DNA of 64,000 nucleotides from Camelus dromedarius (lineage: Eukaryota): assembly GCF_036321535.1 (NCBI RefSeq), contig NC_087436.1:113524001-113588000 (forward strand). The letters are read 5' to 3'. The notes beneath the pieces were generated by a model. The model was not told the origin of the DNA. It ran no database searches and worked only from the letters and a program-made list of their open reading frames with translations. The position numbers and the translations under genes were made by a program. Below are positions 44,830 to 57,759 of this stretch, piece after piece. The number at the start of each line of letters is the position of its first letter. Position 1 is the first letter of the stretch.

Positions 44830-45100
44830 AAGAAGTTGTTTACAATAAGATGCTCTGATGAGGGGTGGGGTGCCATCAGCAGGTCTGGAGAATAGATACA
44901 GAGATATCAGCAATTGTGAATTAGGTGTTAATTGCTCCCTGGCAAAGCTGGCCCTTTGATGGGAGAAGCTTCACTGAGTACACCAATTAGGCAGGCCAGC
45001 GCGCTTCCTCCTTTTCTGGCCTTAGGAATCTAGGTGGTAGAAGAGTTTGGGGAAAATTACCAGATTAGTAGCCAGAAATTGGAGTGCTAATTATAGGTGA
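44830..45100. promoter_or_regulatory. Candidate TCF/FOX/homeodomain enhancer
   Basis: TGTTTAC 44837, CCTTTGATG 44953, and several TAAT/ATTA cores in repeat-free DNA. Confidence 0.4.
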
Positions 45101-45691
45101 AAGGCCCAAAAAGGAATAGAAAGTTAAAAATTTTTTAAAGTCTTTTTTCTGTTCTCATGTCTTTAAACCAAGCTGTTTCTAAGTTGAGAATGCCATCTTC
45201 ATTTCTTGTCCCACCTGGGTTTAAATTCCTCTCCATCTTCCTTTAACTGTGGCCTTAGAGAAATTATTTAACCTCTCTGTTTTTTTTTTCTTATTAAATT
45301 ATACACAGTTTACAGTGTTGTGTTAATTTCTTGTGTACAGTACCGTGAGTCTATGCACTTCTCTGTGGCAGGCAGGGATCTTCCCAAATCAGATTCAGAA
45401 AGCCAACAGGAATTTCTGGAAAGGAGAACCAAAACTGGCCTTGTAGGGCTGAGGAGAGACTCTAAAAGAGCCTGGTTGGTTCCTGGAATTTAGTGACTTC
45501 TTATTAAAGTTAATTCCCTTTTCCCATCTACATTTACCTTAGGAAGTTCATGGGCAGCCCTCTCCTTTCCCTGCCTTTCTTTTTTTTTTTTTTTTTTTAA
45601 ACTCTAGCCAGTTATTCAGGACCATCTCATGGTCCCTTACCCCAAAAACAGCCTCTCCCCATACTGGAACAGAGAAACTGGAAATACTTGG

Positions 45692-46140
45692 TGTGGTCAG
45701 CAGAAAAATGGCCCCCAATGATGTGCATGTCTGGATCCCTAGACCCGTGAATGCGCTAGGCTACATGGCAAAGCACAATTAAGGTTGCAGATGGAATTGA
45801 GTTTACTAATCAGTTGACTTTAAGAGAGAGAGTAATCTGGATTATCCGGGGGTGGGGGGGCATTGTAATCACAGGGGTCCTTAGAAGAGGCTGGCTGCGA
45901 GTGTGGGAAGGACTTGACCCAATGTTGCTGGCTTTAAAGATGGAGGAAAGCTGATGGCAAGGAGACATTCTCCCCTAGAGTCTCCAGAAAAGTGTATAGC
46001 CCTGCTGACATCTTGATTGTAGCCCAGCAAGGCCTGTGTTGGATTTTCTGACCTACAGTATTGTAAGATGATACATTTCTGCTGTTTAAAGCCATTAAGT
46101 CTACATGAACTTGTTACAGCTGTATGAGGGAACTAGTATG
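45692..46140 (+). mobile_element. Solo MaLR LTR (MLT1D/E-like)
   Basis: tgtggtcagcagaaaaatggccccca...attaaggttgcagatggaatt...ttctgacctacag...ttgttacagc; perfect TSD CTTGG at 45687-45691 and 46141-46145. Confidence 0.92.
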
Positions 46141-46959
46141 CTTGGAATTACACAGGGATGGGAGAGAAACCGTCAGAGAACTTAAATTGGTAGACTGGAG
46201 TGTCTAAAGATGACCTCGTATGGAGGCCCTGTCCAAGCACAGGATAACACAGTTAAAATGGGAAAAGTGATAACTGACATTTTCTAAAATGGAGAGTAAA
46301 AATTCTACCAGGAGGATTCATTTGGGAAGGTGGAAAAGCCTGGGTTTGGGAACCAGGTGATCTGGTTTTAAAAGCTGACTCCACTACTTCAGCTCTGTGA
46401 TCTGGGCAAGTTACTTAATCTGAGTCTCAGATTCCTCATCCATAAAATGCCTGATTAAGATGCCTGACATCCCATGGGTCATCTCTCAGTCCAGATGTTA
46501 GCTTCCTACACAGATGTTCTGAGGATTCACAACGAAGAGGATTGCCAAGTGGTAGGAGTACTATAAATGGTGACTAATATTTTCTTCAAAAGCTACCTGT
46601 CACCAAACCTACTACAGCTCTGTTTTTCTGAACTAAACCACTGGACGCTCTTTAGAAAGACATTATACAAGTAGTGTTAACGCAGTACCATATAGTAAGA
46701 ACTTCAACTTCATGGAGTGGAATTTTGATGAAAAGGGAACATGTAAGTTCAACCAAGAATCAGGATCAGACCTAAGAAATGAGATAATCTTTACAGAAAT
46801 ACAGTTTTAGATAAGCCTCTAGCCCTTATGAATTTCAGGTTTACTCAATTGACCAACCAAATCCCCAATTATTATTTTTACTTTTACTTTATAAATCCGC
46901 AAATATTATTTTTTACTTTATGCCCAGTTATGATCTTGATGTATGAGAATGGATGCTTC

Positions 46960-48130
46960 CAAGTCAACTCCGTCTCCACCACGACCTGCAAATCTGCTCA
47001 TCTGTTCTTTAATTTCAGTGAGTGGCATCACCCTTTGTCCAGTTGCCCACGCCAGAAACCTGGGAGTCTGCAGTTTCTGCTGAGGCCACCTCCTTAGCAA
47101 CCTTTCTCCTTGGCCTCTCCTTTCTGTCACCACGTCCTCCTCATTTTTTTTTTTTAACCTAGAAGAAGAAATGGTGCTGTAGTTTCTCTTTGTCCCCATT
47201 CCTGTCTTAATCTAGTTTCAACCCACCCATCAGTCTGACCTTTCCGAATTAACAGTTTGATTATGTTATTTCTTGCTTAAAATCTTTCAGTGACTCTTTG
47301 CTGACCATGAATGCTATGGATTGGATTGTGTCTCACTCAGATTCATATACTGAAACCCTGACCTCGATGTGACTGCCTTTCGAGATAGGGATTTTAGGAG
47401 TTAATTAAGATTAAATGAGATCATACAGGTGGTACCCAGATCTGATAGGATTGATAGCCTTATAAGAAAATACACCAGATCTCTTTCTCTCTCTCCCTTC
47501 CTCCCTCCCTCTCTCTCTGTGTCATGTGAAGACACAGAGAGAAGGTGGCTGTCTGCAAGTCAGGAAGAGAGCTCTCACCAGGAATAGACCCTTGATAGGA
47601 GACTTTATAGCCTCCAGAACACTGAGAAAATACATTTCTGTTTCTAAGCCATCCAGATTGTGGTATTTTTTTTTTTATAACAATCTGAGCAGACTAATTC
47701 AATGAGATAAAGTCTGAACACGTCCGAATGGTATGTAGGGCCCTTTTCCTTTTAATTCCTGTTCACCTGACAGGTCATCCACAGCCCTTTACCCACTTGT
47801 ATGGAGGCTCCTGACCCACTGGCTCTTTGGGGCACATACCCTGCCCTCTGCTAGAAACAGCCTGGTTGGTTCTCTTTTCATCCTTGTTTCCTTGAGTGGA
47901 TGTGGTTAAAAGTCCATTTTGTGTTTTTGTAGTACTTGAGACAAGTTCGTCTCACCACAATAAAACATTATAATTACCCTTTACCCTGTCTACTCCCCAC
48001 AGCTGATAAATGGAGGGAGTGGGGGGTTCTGTCTTGCTCATCTTTGTATGTCCGCGAAATTCAGCACAGATCCTGGCACCTCGTAGATTTTGCACAAATG
48101 TGTGTTGAATGGATAAATTCAATGAATGAC
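46960..48130 (+). mobile_element. L2 fragment split by an MLT1A LTR
   Basis: agttgcccacgccagaaacctgggagtc...cttaaaatctttcagtgactc | gataaagtctgaac...cagcacagatcctggcacctcgtag...tgttgaatggataaat. Confidence 0.7.
47312..47701 (+). mobile_element. Solo MaLR LTR (MLT1A-like)
   Basis: tgctatggattggattgtgtc...aattaagattaaatgagatcata...gcctccagaacactgagaaaatacatttctg...gcagactaattca; TSD ATGAA (47307-47311) / ATGAG (47702-47706). Confidence 0.9.
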
Positions 48131-49034
48131 ACAGGAAGCAAAGCCTCCCATTGCTCTTACGATCTTTCCCCAAGTCCTTCACAGGCACTGCCTACATTTC
48201 CAGCCTTGTTTAATCCAACTTCTGCTTGGCACCAGCCATGGGGGCTGCCTGTCATTCCACGTGGCCTCCTGCCTCAAAACCTTTATGCATTACCTCCCCT
48301 CTGCCTGGAAGGTGCCCCCTGCTCTAACCAATATTAAAACAGTGAGTGACTACTCATCCTCCAACTCGGAGCTAAATGGCCCGAGGGAAGGTTGTCTTGC
48401 CACCTCCCCTAAACTTTGTTCACATAGCACCTTTCTGGTTTTTTTCCTAATACTTAATCCTGTGCACTTGTGTGATTGTCAACTTGGAGCTGGGCCTCCT
48501 GACTAGGTAAAAAGCTTTCTGAGAGCAGGGCGGTTTTGTTTGCTGGCTTGTGTGTTTTGTTTTCAGCCCTCTCTCCCTGGGACTCAGAACACTGCCCAGC
48601 ACAGAGCAGGCTCTCATAAAAATACCACGTGGCAGGAGATCATTGAGTGTTCAGTGACTTGCAAGATGCACATCAGACTCTGCTTTTTGCCCGTTTTTCT
48701 CTACGTCATTTCATCCCCCTGAAGTTATCTCATCACCGATCAGAACCAATCAGACCTTACCTCTCAGTGGCTTCACCCTGGCATCCCTTAGTTTCTGTCC
48801 TGCTTGAACAAAGGTTACAGTGTTCAGGCTGTGAGGAGCGAGTTTAAATGTGAAGGCCAAAGTCCTGGAGACCTACGAAGTGAGAAGGCCTTAAGGAGCT
48901 TGGTAGCAAGAAGACTTGGAGGAACAGAACTTGCGCCTTGCCGGGAAGGGTGGGCAGAGCTGGGCTGCAGGGAAGGGGAGTGTTGGGGAAGAGCCACCTT
49001 GCATCCCTGGAAGATTCTGAACCTGCCATAGCTT

Positions 49035-49285
49035 GGCGGCTAGGAGTCTTGGTTCTGGAAGCTAACTTCCAGGGTTCAAATCCTGGCTACACCGCTTACT
49101 GGCAGAGGGCCTCAGGCAAGCTCATTAGCCTCTCTGTGCCTCAGTTTTCTCATCTGTTGAAATGGAGGTTAGGACCTAGTCCCTACTTAACATAGTTGTC
49201 ATGATGATTAAATAGGTTAAAAAAAAGCACCAAACTTAGAACAGTGCCTAGCACATAGGATGCCGCAGAGAATGGTTATTTGATT
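49035..49285 (+). mobile_element. MIR SINE (near full length)
   Basis: gggttcaaatcctggctacaccgcttact...gcctctctgtgcctcagttttctcatctg...cttagaacagtgcctagcacatag. Confidence 0.88.
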
Positions 49286-51001
49286 CTAGTGTTAGCTACT
49301 CTTGGTGTTTTTAATCCATGTAGAGAAAAATCCATTGCTATCTCACTCCTGACCTCCTCCCCAGAGGAGAGGAGTAACTCGACTCACTGGAGAGTTTAGA
49401 GGGAGAAACTGGCCATGTGTAGAAGCTTCTCTCTCTCTCTGTCTCTGTCTCTCTCTCGGGGGGTGGAAGGTGGGGCATGTGTCCCACCCAGCCCCTCCTG
49501 AATTGGATTTGCCCTTGTTCAGAGCTGCGTGGCTAGTGCACACTTCTGACCAGTCCAGGGATTCAGTATTAGGAGGTCCAAATGTTTGTGGACATAAGCC
49601 AAATTCTCTAATACCAGCTTAAGAGCAGTCCAACTTTGGCCCCATTTACCTGCTTCCTTTGTTTTATTTCTCCACTGGTTTGGAACTTAGACAAGAAAGA
49701 GGAGAGCTGTTTATTGGTTCCTCGCAAAGACCCCCCCAGCAGGGTAACACTTAAACTGGGTAGAAAAGCACGAGACGGTGAATGGCAGGGGGCCTAGTGC
49801 CCCAGGAGCAGAGAAGTTGGGAGCACCAAACCAAAGAGCCAGGGTCCTCCGGGACGGTCAGTGGGGACAGCAAGCTAGTGGGGCCTGCACCATCCTGGGT
49901 GTGACACCCTCGGTTGCAGAGACCCCAGACTAAGCTAATGCCCAGCCTAGCAGCCAGGGGTGCAAATGTTGAAACTCAAAAATGCCACGGCGTCTATTTC
50001 TATCTACAGAAGACCTGTTATGAGCACAGATGACTCACTTCAACATGTATCGTGGGTGGAACCCAAAGGTGTGGCATGAAGCACAAAGAGAGCACTCAGA
50101 ACACCGAGTGCTCAGATCAGGGAGACAGATACAGTCAGTGGGCTGCAAGGCCATGCGGACAGAACGGATGCTCTCAGGCCAAGGGATAATTACGGGTAGA
50201 TATCTGTGGAGCATTGCATGGACCAAGCTGTCTAATCCAATTGTTTAAGATGAGTCGTAAACTAAACTGGCAGCAAACATACAGGCAAAAGCTGGGAATG
50301 TGGGCCTTGAAACCAGGAAAGGCCACCACAGGTCACACGGCCACAGCGGTATGAGAACACAGAATGGGACCAGTGGAACGTGGTCAGTACAAAATGGAAA
50401 AGCAGTTCAGTCTGGGCCAGAACAGACACTCTTCTCCCTGTCACGCCTGGCTACGCATTTGTACATGTGGTCATCAGAAATAGATGTTAGACTACATAGT
50501 AGGCAATTGGTAGATTGGAGTGAATATTGCTGCTTAAGCCTCTTGTTCAGTGAAATAGATTTATGTGCACCTTACTCCACAGCATAGTCCTAGATGATCC
50601 TTAAGGAAACGTGTGCTGCTGTTACAGTATCTGTGTCAAAGGACACACAGAATTGTGTGTGTCTGCAACCGTGTAGACATCACTTACCTATTTTGGTCAG
50701 ATGTGGGCAAAATCAGCTGAGCAGACCATGGCTGTGAATATCTTTTTATAGCATTGTGTTTTAGTTTATGAATACTATTTCTAAACAAATAACATCCTCA
50801 TCACAGAGGTTGTTTTTGGTCAAATGTTCAAATATCACTGGAAATAGTGTCAGCAGTAGAGCTGAAGGAAGAACTGGAAGGAGAGACAAATACAGTTAAT
50901 TAAAATAAATGAACCTGCTTAATTTGCTTCCTTCCTTTTCTATCTAGCTTGTTTTTTTCACTTTCTTCTTCCCTTCATCCCTTTCTGCCCACCGCCCAAG
51001 G

Positions 51002-51411
51002 CATGGTAGGTTGGATTCTCTGGGAAACCAACTCTAAAAAATGGTTGAACCCTTGAGATGTTTATTGAACGGTTGTCTCGGGTTGAACACCTGGGGAAGG
51101 CAGAAGAAGGAAGCAGGACTGGGCAGGGGGAGTTGCTGAGCTGTGATGCAGACCTGGCAGCCTCATCCAACCCTACAAGGACCTCTGGAGCTAGAACAGC
51201 TCTTTGGAGTTATCCTGATTCAGGGCAAGATGGCAGGGAGGTTTTGCAGTCACACACGGATCAATTATTGGATGTGGGGCTCCCAGGAAGGATTATGACC
51301 TTGACTGAGGGGACATCTCTGCACCCAAGACATCCCTGAAGGGTCAGATAGCTACAGGCTGGGACAGCAACTAAAGGGGCATCTGAGCAGCACATGGCAG
51401 TGTCCACCACA
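51002..51411 (-). mobile_element. Solo ERVL LTR (LTR41-like)
   Basis: gtaggttggattctctgggaa...gatgtttattg...gaaggaagcaggactgggcagg...gagctgtgatgcag...attggatgtgggg...agtgtccaccaca. Confidence 0.8.
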
Positions 51412-52811
51412 TACTAACCTAATACTGCTGACTTAGAAGTAAGGGAGGAGAAGGAGAAAGTACTGGAACTAACGAGGTTAACCACAGGCCACTGCAAGAA
51501 TCTAGGAATGAAGTGGTAAGGGGAAGAACAGAAAGGGAGTGAGAGTTAAGAGACAGATGCAAATCCACTGCAAAATGGCAACATGGCAACTAAGGCAATT
51601 AGCCCTTCTGCACAATGAATGTGGACAACAAAGTCACCAAAAACCAGACCTCCAACTCGTAGCTGCAGTGCACACTTGAATCTAATTTCCTTGATGGTAA
51701 AATTCTCCCAGAACCAACACAACCAGCCAGTACAATACACAGACTGTATTTCCTTTTAGTGTCTTCCTCCATCAGCTCATGAGGTAGCTTTGTACAACTG
51801 AAGAAAGGCAAGGATTGACTTTAAATTTTGGCTCTGATGAGTCATTTATGTTTGATTCTGGTCAATGTTTTTAATCTTTCTGCGCACTAGCTTCCCCATC
51901 TGTAAAATGGGGATGATGCTATTTACCCTTCTCAAGGTTGTTATAAGGTTAAGAAGAAAATAATGGGCTAGTTATTCAATAAAGTCAGTTTTCTTCTCAT
52001 GAAAAAAAGAATAGATCGAACATTCCACTGCCCATTGGACCCGATTTTGTTGTGGGAGAATGGTCTTTGCCTAGCATTTATGTGCAGAAAAATAATATTA
52101 AAAAAAACCCTTCTGGTTTTAAAGTGAAATAAATGCATGAAACATTATCTTCTAGCTCAGATCTAGCGTGTTGAAATCTGCCTGGAGCAAAATTTCATGG
52201 CTGAGCTATAGCCCCAGAAAATAACTTTCTAAGTTTGAAGTTCTGCACCAACCTTCACGTTCCAGCCCTATTTAAAAGAACATTCTAAGTCTACCGTGAA
52301 GTGGCATTTGAGTTGATGAGTTTTTGCGGAAGGAGAAAGAAAGACAGGTAGCAAGATTTGTGTTGTTTTAGCAGCTCCCCATCTGGTGAAAACTAGAAAT
52401 GATCTCTCATAGACAATGTGAGAGACAACGAAAGTGGACACCAACGTGGCAACAGTGTCCTGAGGCCCCACTGTGTGGAGGCCCCCTGCACAGACAGATG
52501 TGGCCCCTACAGCAGGGGCCTGTCCTGAGAGATTTGCATCAAATGACACCTCCATGAAAATGTTCTTACCATCAGCATGCCAAGTGGAAGGGACTGTAGG
52601 CTGCCCCAGTTCAGCCATTAGACATCCAAAATATTGAATCGGGGCCTGTGAGTGTTTCATGGGTTTAAATAAAAAATGTCTGATATCTGAAAAAAACATA
52701 GCAACTCCAAAGGGCAAAAAGAAAACTTCAAAGGAAAAATGAATATATGCTAATTTAACGTTTATAAAATTTTACATTATATCAGCTGGCCTACTCAATG
52801 TACAGACACAG

Positions 52812-52832
52812 ACACACACACACACACACACA
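52812..52832 (+). repeat. (AC)10 microsatellite
   Basis: Direct read. Confidence 0.9.
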
Positions 52833-53789
52833 AAACTTAAACCAAAAGGAAAAAGTCAATAATTTATAACAAAACAAATTCAGAATTAGCTTTATCATCC
52901 TTAGCAATTTCCTGAGTGAAGCAATAGAGCCATCATGGGGCATAGATACATTTTATTATGAAAAAGTATGCTGAAGGCCTCTGAAAACAAGAGTGCCTAC
53001 ATCCTTCAAAGGTTTAAAGGTGGCCCTTGATGTGCCAGCCCCAGAAGGATAACGCCTCCCTTCTCCCAGGGAAAGAGTCCAAAGAATGTCAGCTATAATT
53101 CATGTTGAGTACAAAGGAAGCATGGTGACATGTCACAAATTTCACAACCAGGGAGAGTCCTGAAACCACACAGTCAAGTTTATCCATGTACCTGGCAACT
53201 AGTCAGGCACTCTGACTTAATAGAGTGCAGCTCAGTGCTTCATGCCCGTGGTGACTCATGCCAGCTCTTGGATTGGTCATAAGCGGGACTGGACAAGTGG
53301 AGGGTCATTTAACTGCCTTCCACTTGTTTTGTGATTCTCTTTTACAAAGAAGTCAATTCCCTCAGACTCAAGACAGAAGGATCAGAGACCAGCAGGAGAC
53401 CTGTTAATTTTTAAAATCTTACAGTAAAACAGATACACCCACTACATTAGATCTTTTTGAAAGATTGATTTGAACAAGCTTGGAAATAAATGAGCGAGTC
53501 TTACGAGAAAATGCTGAGAGTGTGGCTGCCAGTTGGTCTGCTTATCTATGAAACAGACATTAGATGACCTTGCCTTAAAGTGATCAGGCCCATGGGAACA
53601 ATTTTCAGCATGGATGCACTGAAATGCAGGATAGGCTTAGGTGAGACTCAACGCATACGGGCTTGGAGAGGAGCAGATCTAAAGGGTGCTTTCCCAGGCA
53701 AGCCACTTCTGATGGTCTGAGTGATCCCGAGATGCGGAGATCCTTCTACCTGTCCTGGTACTTCCCATTATTTCTACTTAACGACTTCT

Positions 53790-53836
53790 AAAAAAAAAAA
53801 AATAGTTTTATTTTTTAGTGGAGGGAGGTGATTGGG

Positions 53837-53875
<39 letters not shown>

Positions 53876-53973
53876 TATTTATTTATTTATTTATTTTTGA
53901 TGAAGGTCCTGGGGACTGAACCCAGGACCTCGTGCATGCTAGGCATGCACTCTACCATGGACCTACATCCTCC
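53790..53973 (-). mobile_element. tRNA-Ala(AGC)-derived camelid SINE (Vic-1-like)
   Basis: Minus strand: ggaggatgtaggtccatggtagagtgcatgcctagcatgcacgaggtcctgggttcagtccccaggaccttc, then (TAAA)n(GTAA)9 and acccaatcacctccctcc; B box retained. Confidence 0.9.
53838..53893 (+). repeat. Compound (TTAC)9(TTTA)5 microsatellite in the SINE tail
   Basis: Direct read. Confidence 0.95.
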
Positions 53974-54229
53974 ACGATATTTACAAGTTCTAAATACATG
54001 AATGTAAAACAGGGACTATTCTCTCAACTACCCCATTGTTTTCATAATGTTAGGCATCAAAACTAAATTTATATTAAATAAATGTTTTTCTCTCACACTC
54101 AATTCCCAAGTCATCGAGTTTGTGATTCTTCAAATAACCAAGATTTCTTTTTCTTGAGCACGTTTACAGATTCTTTGCCCTGTAACCGAAGGGAAATGAC
54201 ATTTACAGGCATCTTCCTCAATCGGCTTT

Positions 54230-54490
54230 ACTGTGTAGTGGCTAACCATGCATTTAGTGGGGTCACGCTGACAGGATTTGAATCCCACATCTGCCACTTA
54301 CTGACGGTGTGGCGTTGGGTACGCTTCATAAACTCTGTTCCTCCACTTACTGCTCTGTCCAATGAGAAAGGTAGAACTAAAACCAGCCTCAAGGGGTTGC
54401 TACAAGGATTAAGCAAAAAAACAACAAAGTGTGAAGTACTTTAGACAGTGTCTAGCACACGATAAGCATTCAGTAAATGTTAGATCATAT
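54230..54490 (+). mobile_element. MIR SINE (near full length)
   Basis: tgtgtagtggctaa...ggatttgaatcccacatctgccacttactga...ttagacagtgtctagcacacgataagcattcagtaaatgttag. Confidence 0.85.
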
Positions 54491-55499
54491 TATTCATTCC
54501 TGAAGTGAGTGCTTATTAAATGTCTGGCATTGTGCTAGAAAATGAGATATAAGGCATAGGGACAGTTTTAGGGTCTATGACTGGGTCAATAATTAGTACC
54601 CCTCTCCACAGCCAGAGTTTTGTAACAATTGAGAAACAGCAGATGGAGAGCCAACGTGTTAAACTTTTTATCGATACAGTCTACATAGAAGGGCCTATTA
54701 GAGTGAAACTGAAAATGGGCTTGCTGACTTCCAACCCCCTGTCTTGGCAGAGCACACCCTGGTAAAGTTTGAGTCTACAGCCCAGATCTTCTAATTGAGG
54801 TCCCTCCTTTCACTGGTGCAGATGGGGAAGGGGTGAGAGACCAAATCCCCGGGACTTACTATCTTTGTAGATTAGCTCCATCCAAAGGACCAACGCCTAC
54901 TGCTATCAAACAGGTAAATGATTACACCTCAGAGAGAGGTAAAGTGGAACAAGAAACCAGAGCATGGAGAAGAGGTCTTCCCATCTGCTCAGTAAGGTGA
55001 AACTGTCTCGTTAAATCATCTGAAATCAAGTTAAGGATGTCTGGAACGTCCCCTGAAAACAAGGAGTAATGTCAAATGATGCCCCAACTCTATAAGGATA
55101 TTTTATGACCATGGTCTCAAGTTTTCTTCACAACGACCCAATAAACCAAATGGAAGGAAAGAGAACTGTCATTAATGGAGTGTTCACAATTTCTCAGGCA
55201 ACAAGCTAATGCTTTGTGTGCATTCTCATAGGTCACCTCTCCTGCTCAAGGTCAAGGAAGTAGGATTTGAGAGTGTTCCCCATCTGAGTTTAGGCACAAA
55301 AGTGAGAGTAGGGTGCTCTCAAAACCACAGCGCACCCCACATGACTGAATTTGGATACACATTGTCTCCAAGACAATGATCATAATTCACATCTATTTGG
55401 TGCTAAAAAAAAAAAAAGGGAAGAGTTTTAAACAACTCTTTTAGATACATTAAATTCTTTGATCCTTACAGCAACCCTTTGATAGAAACTCAATAGTTA

Positions 55500-55830
55500 A
55501 AGATACATTATTTTTTGAGTGCCCATTATGTGTGGGGAACAGGGCTTGAGCTCTGGGTAATAATGACAAACAACAGCAGACATGATCCCTTACCCTGGGG
55601 AAACTTTCAGTCTTGATATGGGGGAAAGAGGACATCAAGCAGCTGCTCTGGTGAACCCCAAAGGGTTTATGAGGGTCAAGAGACGTGTCTAGGGAAATGT
55701 AGCATGAGGGAAGGGTTGGGGAGAGGTCCCAGCTAAAGGAGTGTTGTGTGCCAAAGCCAGTGGCTCAGGTTGGAGGGCAGGGTTGAGGAGGGCTGGCAGG
55801 GCTGAAGTGCAGAGGAGAGAAAGGCAGCAG
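55500..55830 (-). mobile_element. L2 fragment
   Basis: tttttgagtgcccattatgtg...cagacatgatcccttaccctggggaaactttcagtct...gtgccaaagcc. Confidence 0.65.
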
Positions 55831-57759
55831 GGGTGGTTACCGTCCATCCCACTTTACAGGTAGGAAAACAACCTCAGAGCAAGGCAGGGCTCACCAGTAT
55901 CACCACAGGGAGTGGAGAAGCAGCACCCAGAAGCTTATAATTAACTCTTAAGCTCTGTCACATGACCTGCTCCCTCCCTGCTGAAACTGTCTTGGGGAGA
56001 AGAAACAGCTGGCAGAGATGCTATTGGTTAGATTTTAATTTCAGGGAGAAGGAAGCTCACAGGCGGGTTGACTGCTTCATAATCTCAACAAGGGCACCAA
56101 AAGTGTGTGGCCGGAGCCAGACAGTGTTCCGTCCACCCACCCACCCGCCACTCACGACTAAGGCACAGTGGTGCCTTCTGAACTTCATGGCACTCATATT
56201 TCTGTTTGCAATTTCTTTTTCCATTCTTTTGTCAGGTAACTTCTTAGAACTTTTCAAAAACTGTGAAGAAACTTCACCTAATGGGAAAAACACAGACAGT
56301 GGGCTTTGAAAAAGCAAAGACACACACATGCACACAGTAGCCTCTTTATTGATCATTACCTTGTCCTGTGACTTGGAGAGATTTCCTAATGGCTGCCCCC
56401 ACCCCTCAATCTCACAAAACCAGTAGTACTTAACAGACCTTAATAGATGGCTGTGAACATCTGATAAGGCTAAAGCCTTGGTCCCTTTCCTCCACTCCAA
56501 CCATGCACACAGGCACACTTCTTTCTTGCTTTCCTCAGGGACTGTACTTTCCATCAAGCCAGACCCTTGAGTCCCTCCTCCACTCTAGTGTTCTTTTAGA
56601 CTTTCCCCTCCTCACTCCCTGATTTCTTTTTTCAATGTCAGCCCCTCCTTAGGGATTTCCACAAGCACAGCACCTGCAAAGAGCATTTGTCTGAGGAGAG
56701 AAATCCTGCCTGCGTAGCTTGTCTATACCACTTATCAGCTCTGTGACCTCGGGTAAATCACCCGTTCTTTCTGAGCACTAGTTTTGTCTTTGAAATACTA
56801 CCTACTGCTCAGGTATTTTGTAAAGATAAAATGAATACTAACATCACAGTATGTGATGTATGGAGGAAAGTGGCAATTATTAATGGGTATCTCTGAGTCT
56901 CACATCCACTATCTGTGAACTGAAGGTAATAAAGCAGATGATCTTTGGTGCTTTCCAGATCACAGGGCCTCTGATTCTTGGCCACTCCCCATCCTTTGGA
57001 CCCTCCATTGACTTATTCACTTTCTACCTCCATCTCAGCCCCTTCCAAGTGTAACCAGCTTAGTTCAGGGCATTGTAAGGACCAATTCGGTTTATACACT
57101 TGATGGGGGCTGGTAGTGTATTCTCAGCAGCAAGGCTTAAACGACCCATGCCGGGGAAAGAACATGAATTCTGAAAGTGTAAGTGCTAAGCCCCAAAGGG
57201 AGAATGTGTCTTTCTGAATCATAAAGCTGGAGAAAGAGGTAACATTTCAGGAGCTGGATTGTTGGAGAGTAGACTGGAGGAACATTTGAAAGTATTGAAC
57301 ATCCCTCTGGGGTTTGCTCCCAAATCCCTTCACTGGCCTGCTGGACTATTTTCAACCTAGGATTCAGTTTTCATTAGCATCACTAAGGACTCCTTTGGGC
57401 CTCCTTATCACTGTGCAAAGAAATCAGCATCTCATAGGGAGGCAGGGCATTGCAAGGGAAAATGAACAAACTTCAGAGCCAGGGGAACCAGGGTTCCACC
57501 CATGTCCATCCCTGGTCGGCCATTTACCTGTTGTGTGGGCTTTGGCAGATGACTCAACTTTTGTAGGCATCATTTTCCTAATTTTTACATTGGAGAATAA
57601 TATTAGGTATTTCTTAGAGTTGCTTTGAAGGTTACATGATGCACTGGCACCAATATGTGTTGACAAAAATTATGTAAGATAGAAAGATAGGCTTTGTATA
57701 ACTTTGAATAACTTAGTTTTGGCTGGATCCAAAATTAAACAATTAGCAAAGAAAAGAAA

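Noticed and set aside
52268..52717. 149-aa ORF on the minus strand
   Set aside because: Non-ATG start, no recognisable homology or splice context; may overlap a decayed hAT element.
53900..53973. tRNA-Ala-like gene on the minus strand
   Set aside because: D-arm/A box and acceptor stem are degenerate, and a SINE-specific tail follows.
56057..56557. 166-aa ORF on the minus strand
   Set aside because: No domain similarity; long ORFs overlap on both strands, as expected by chance.
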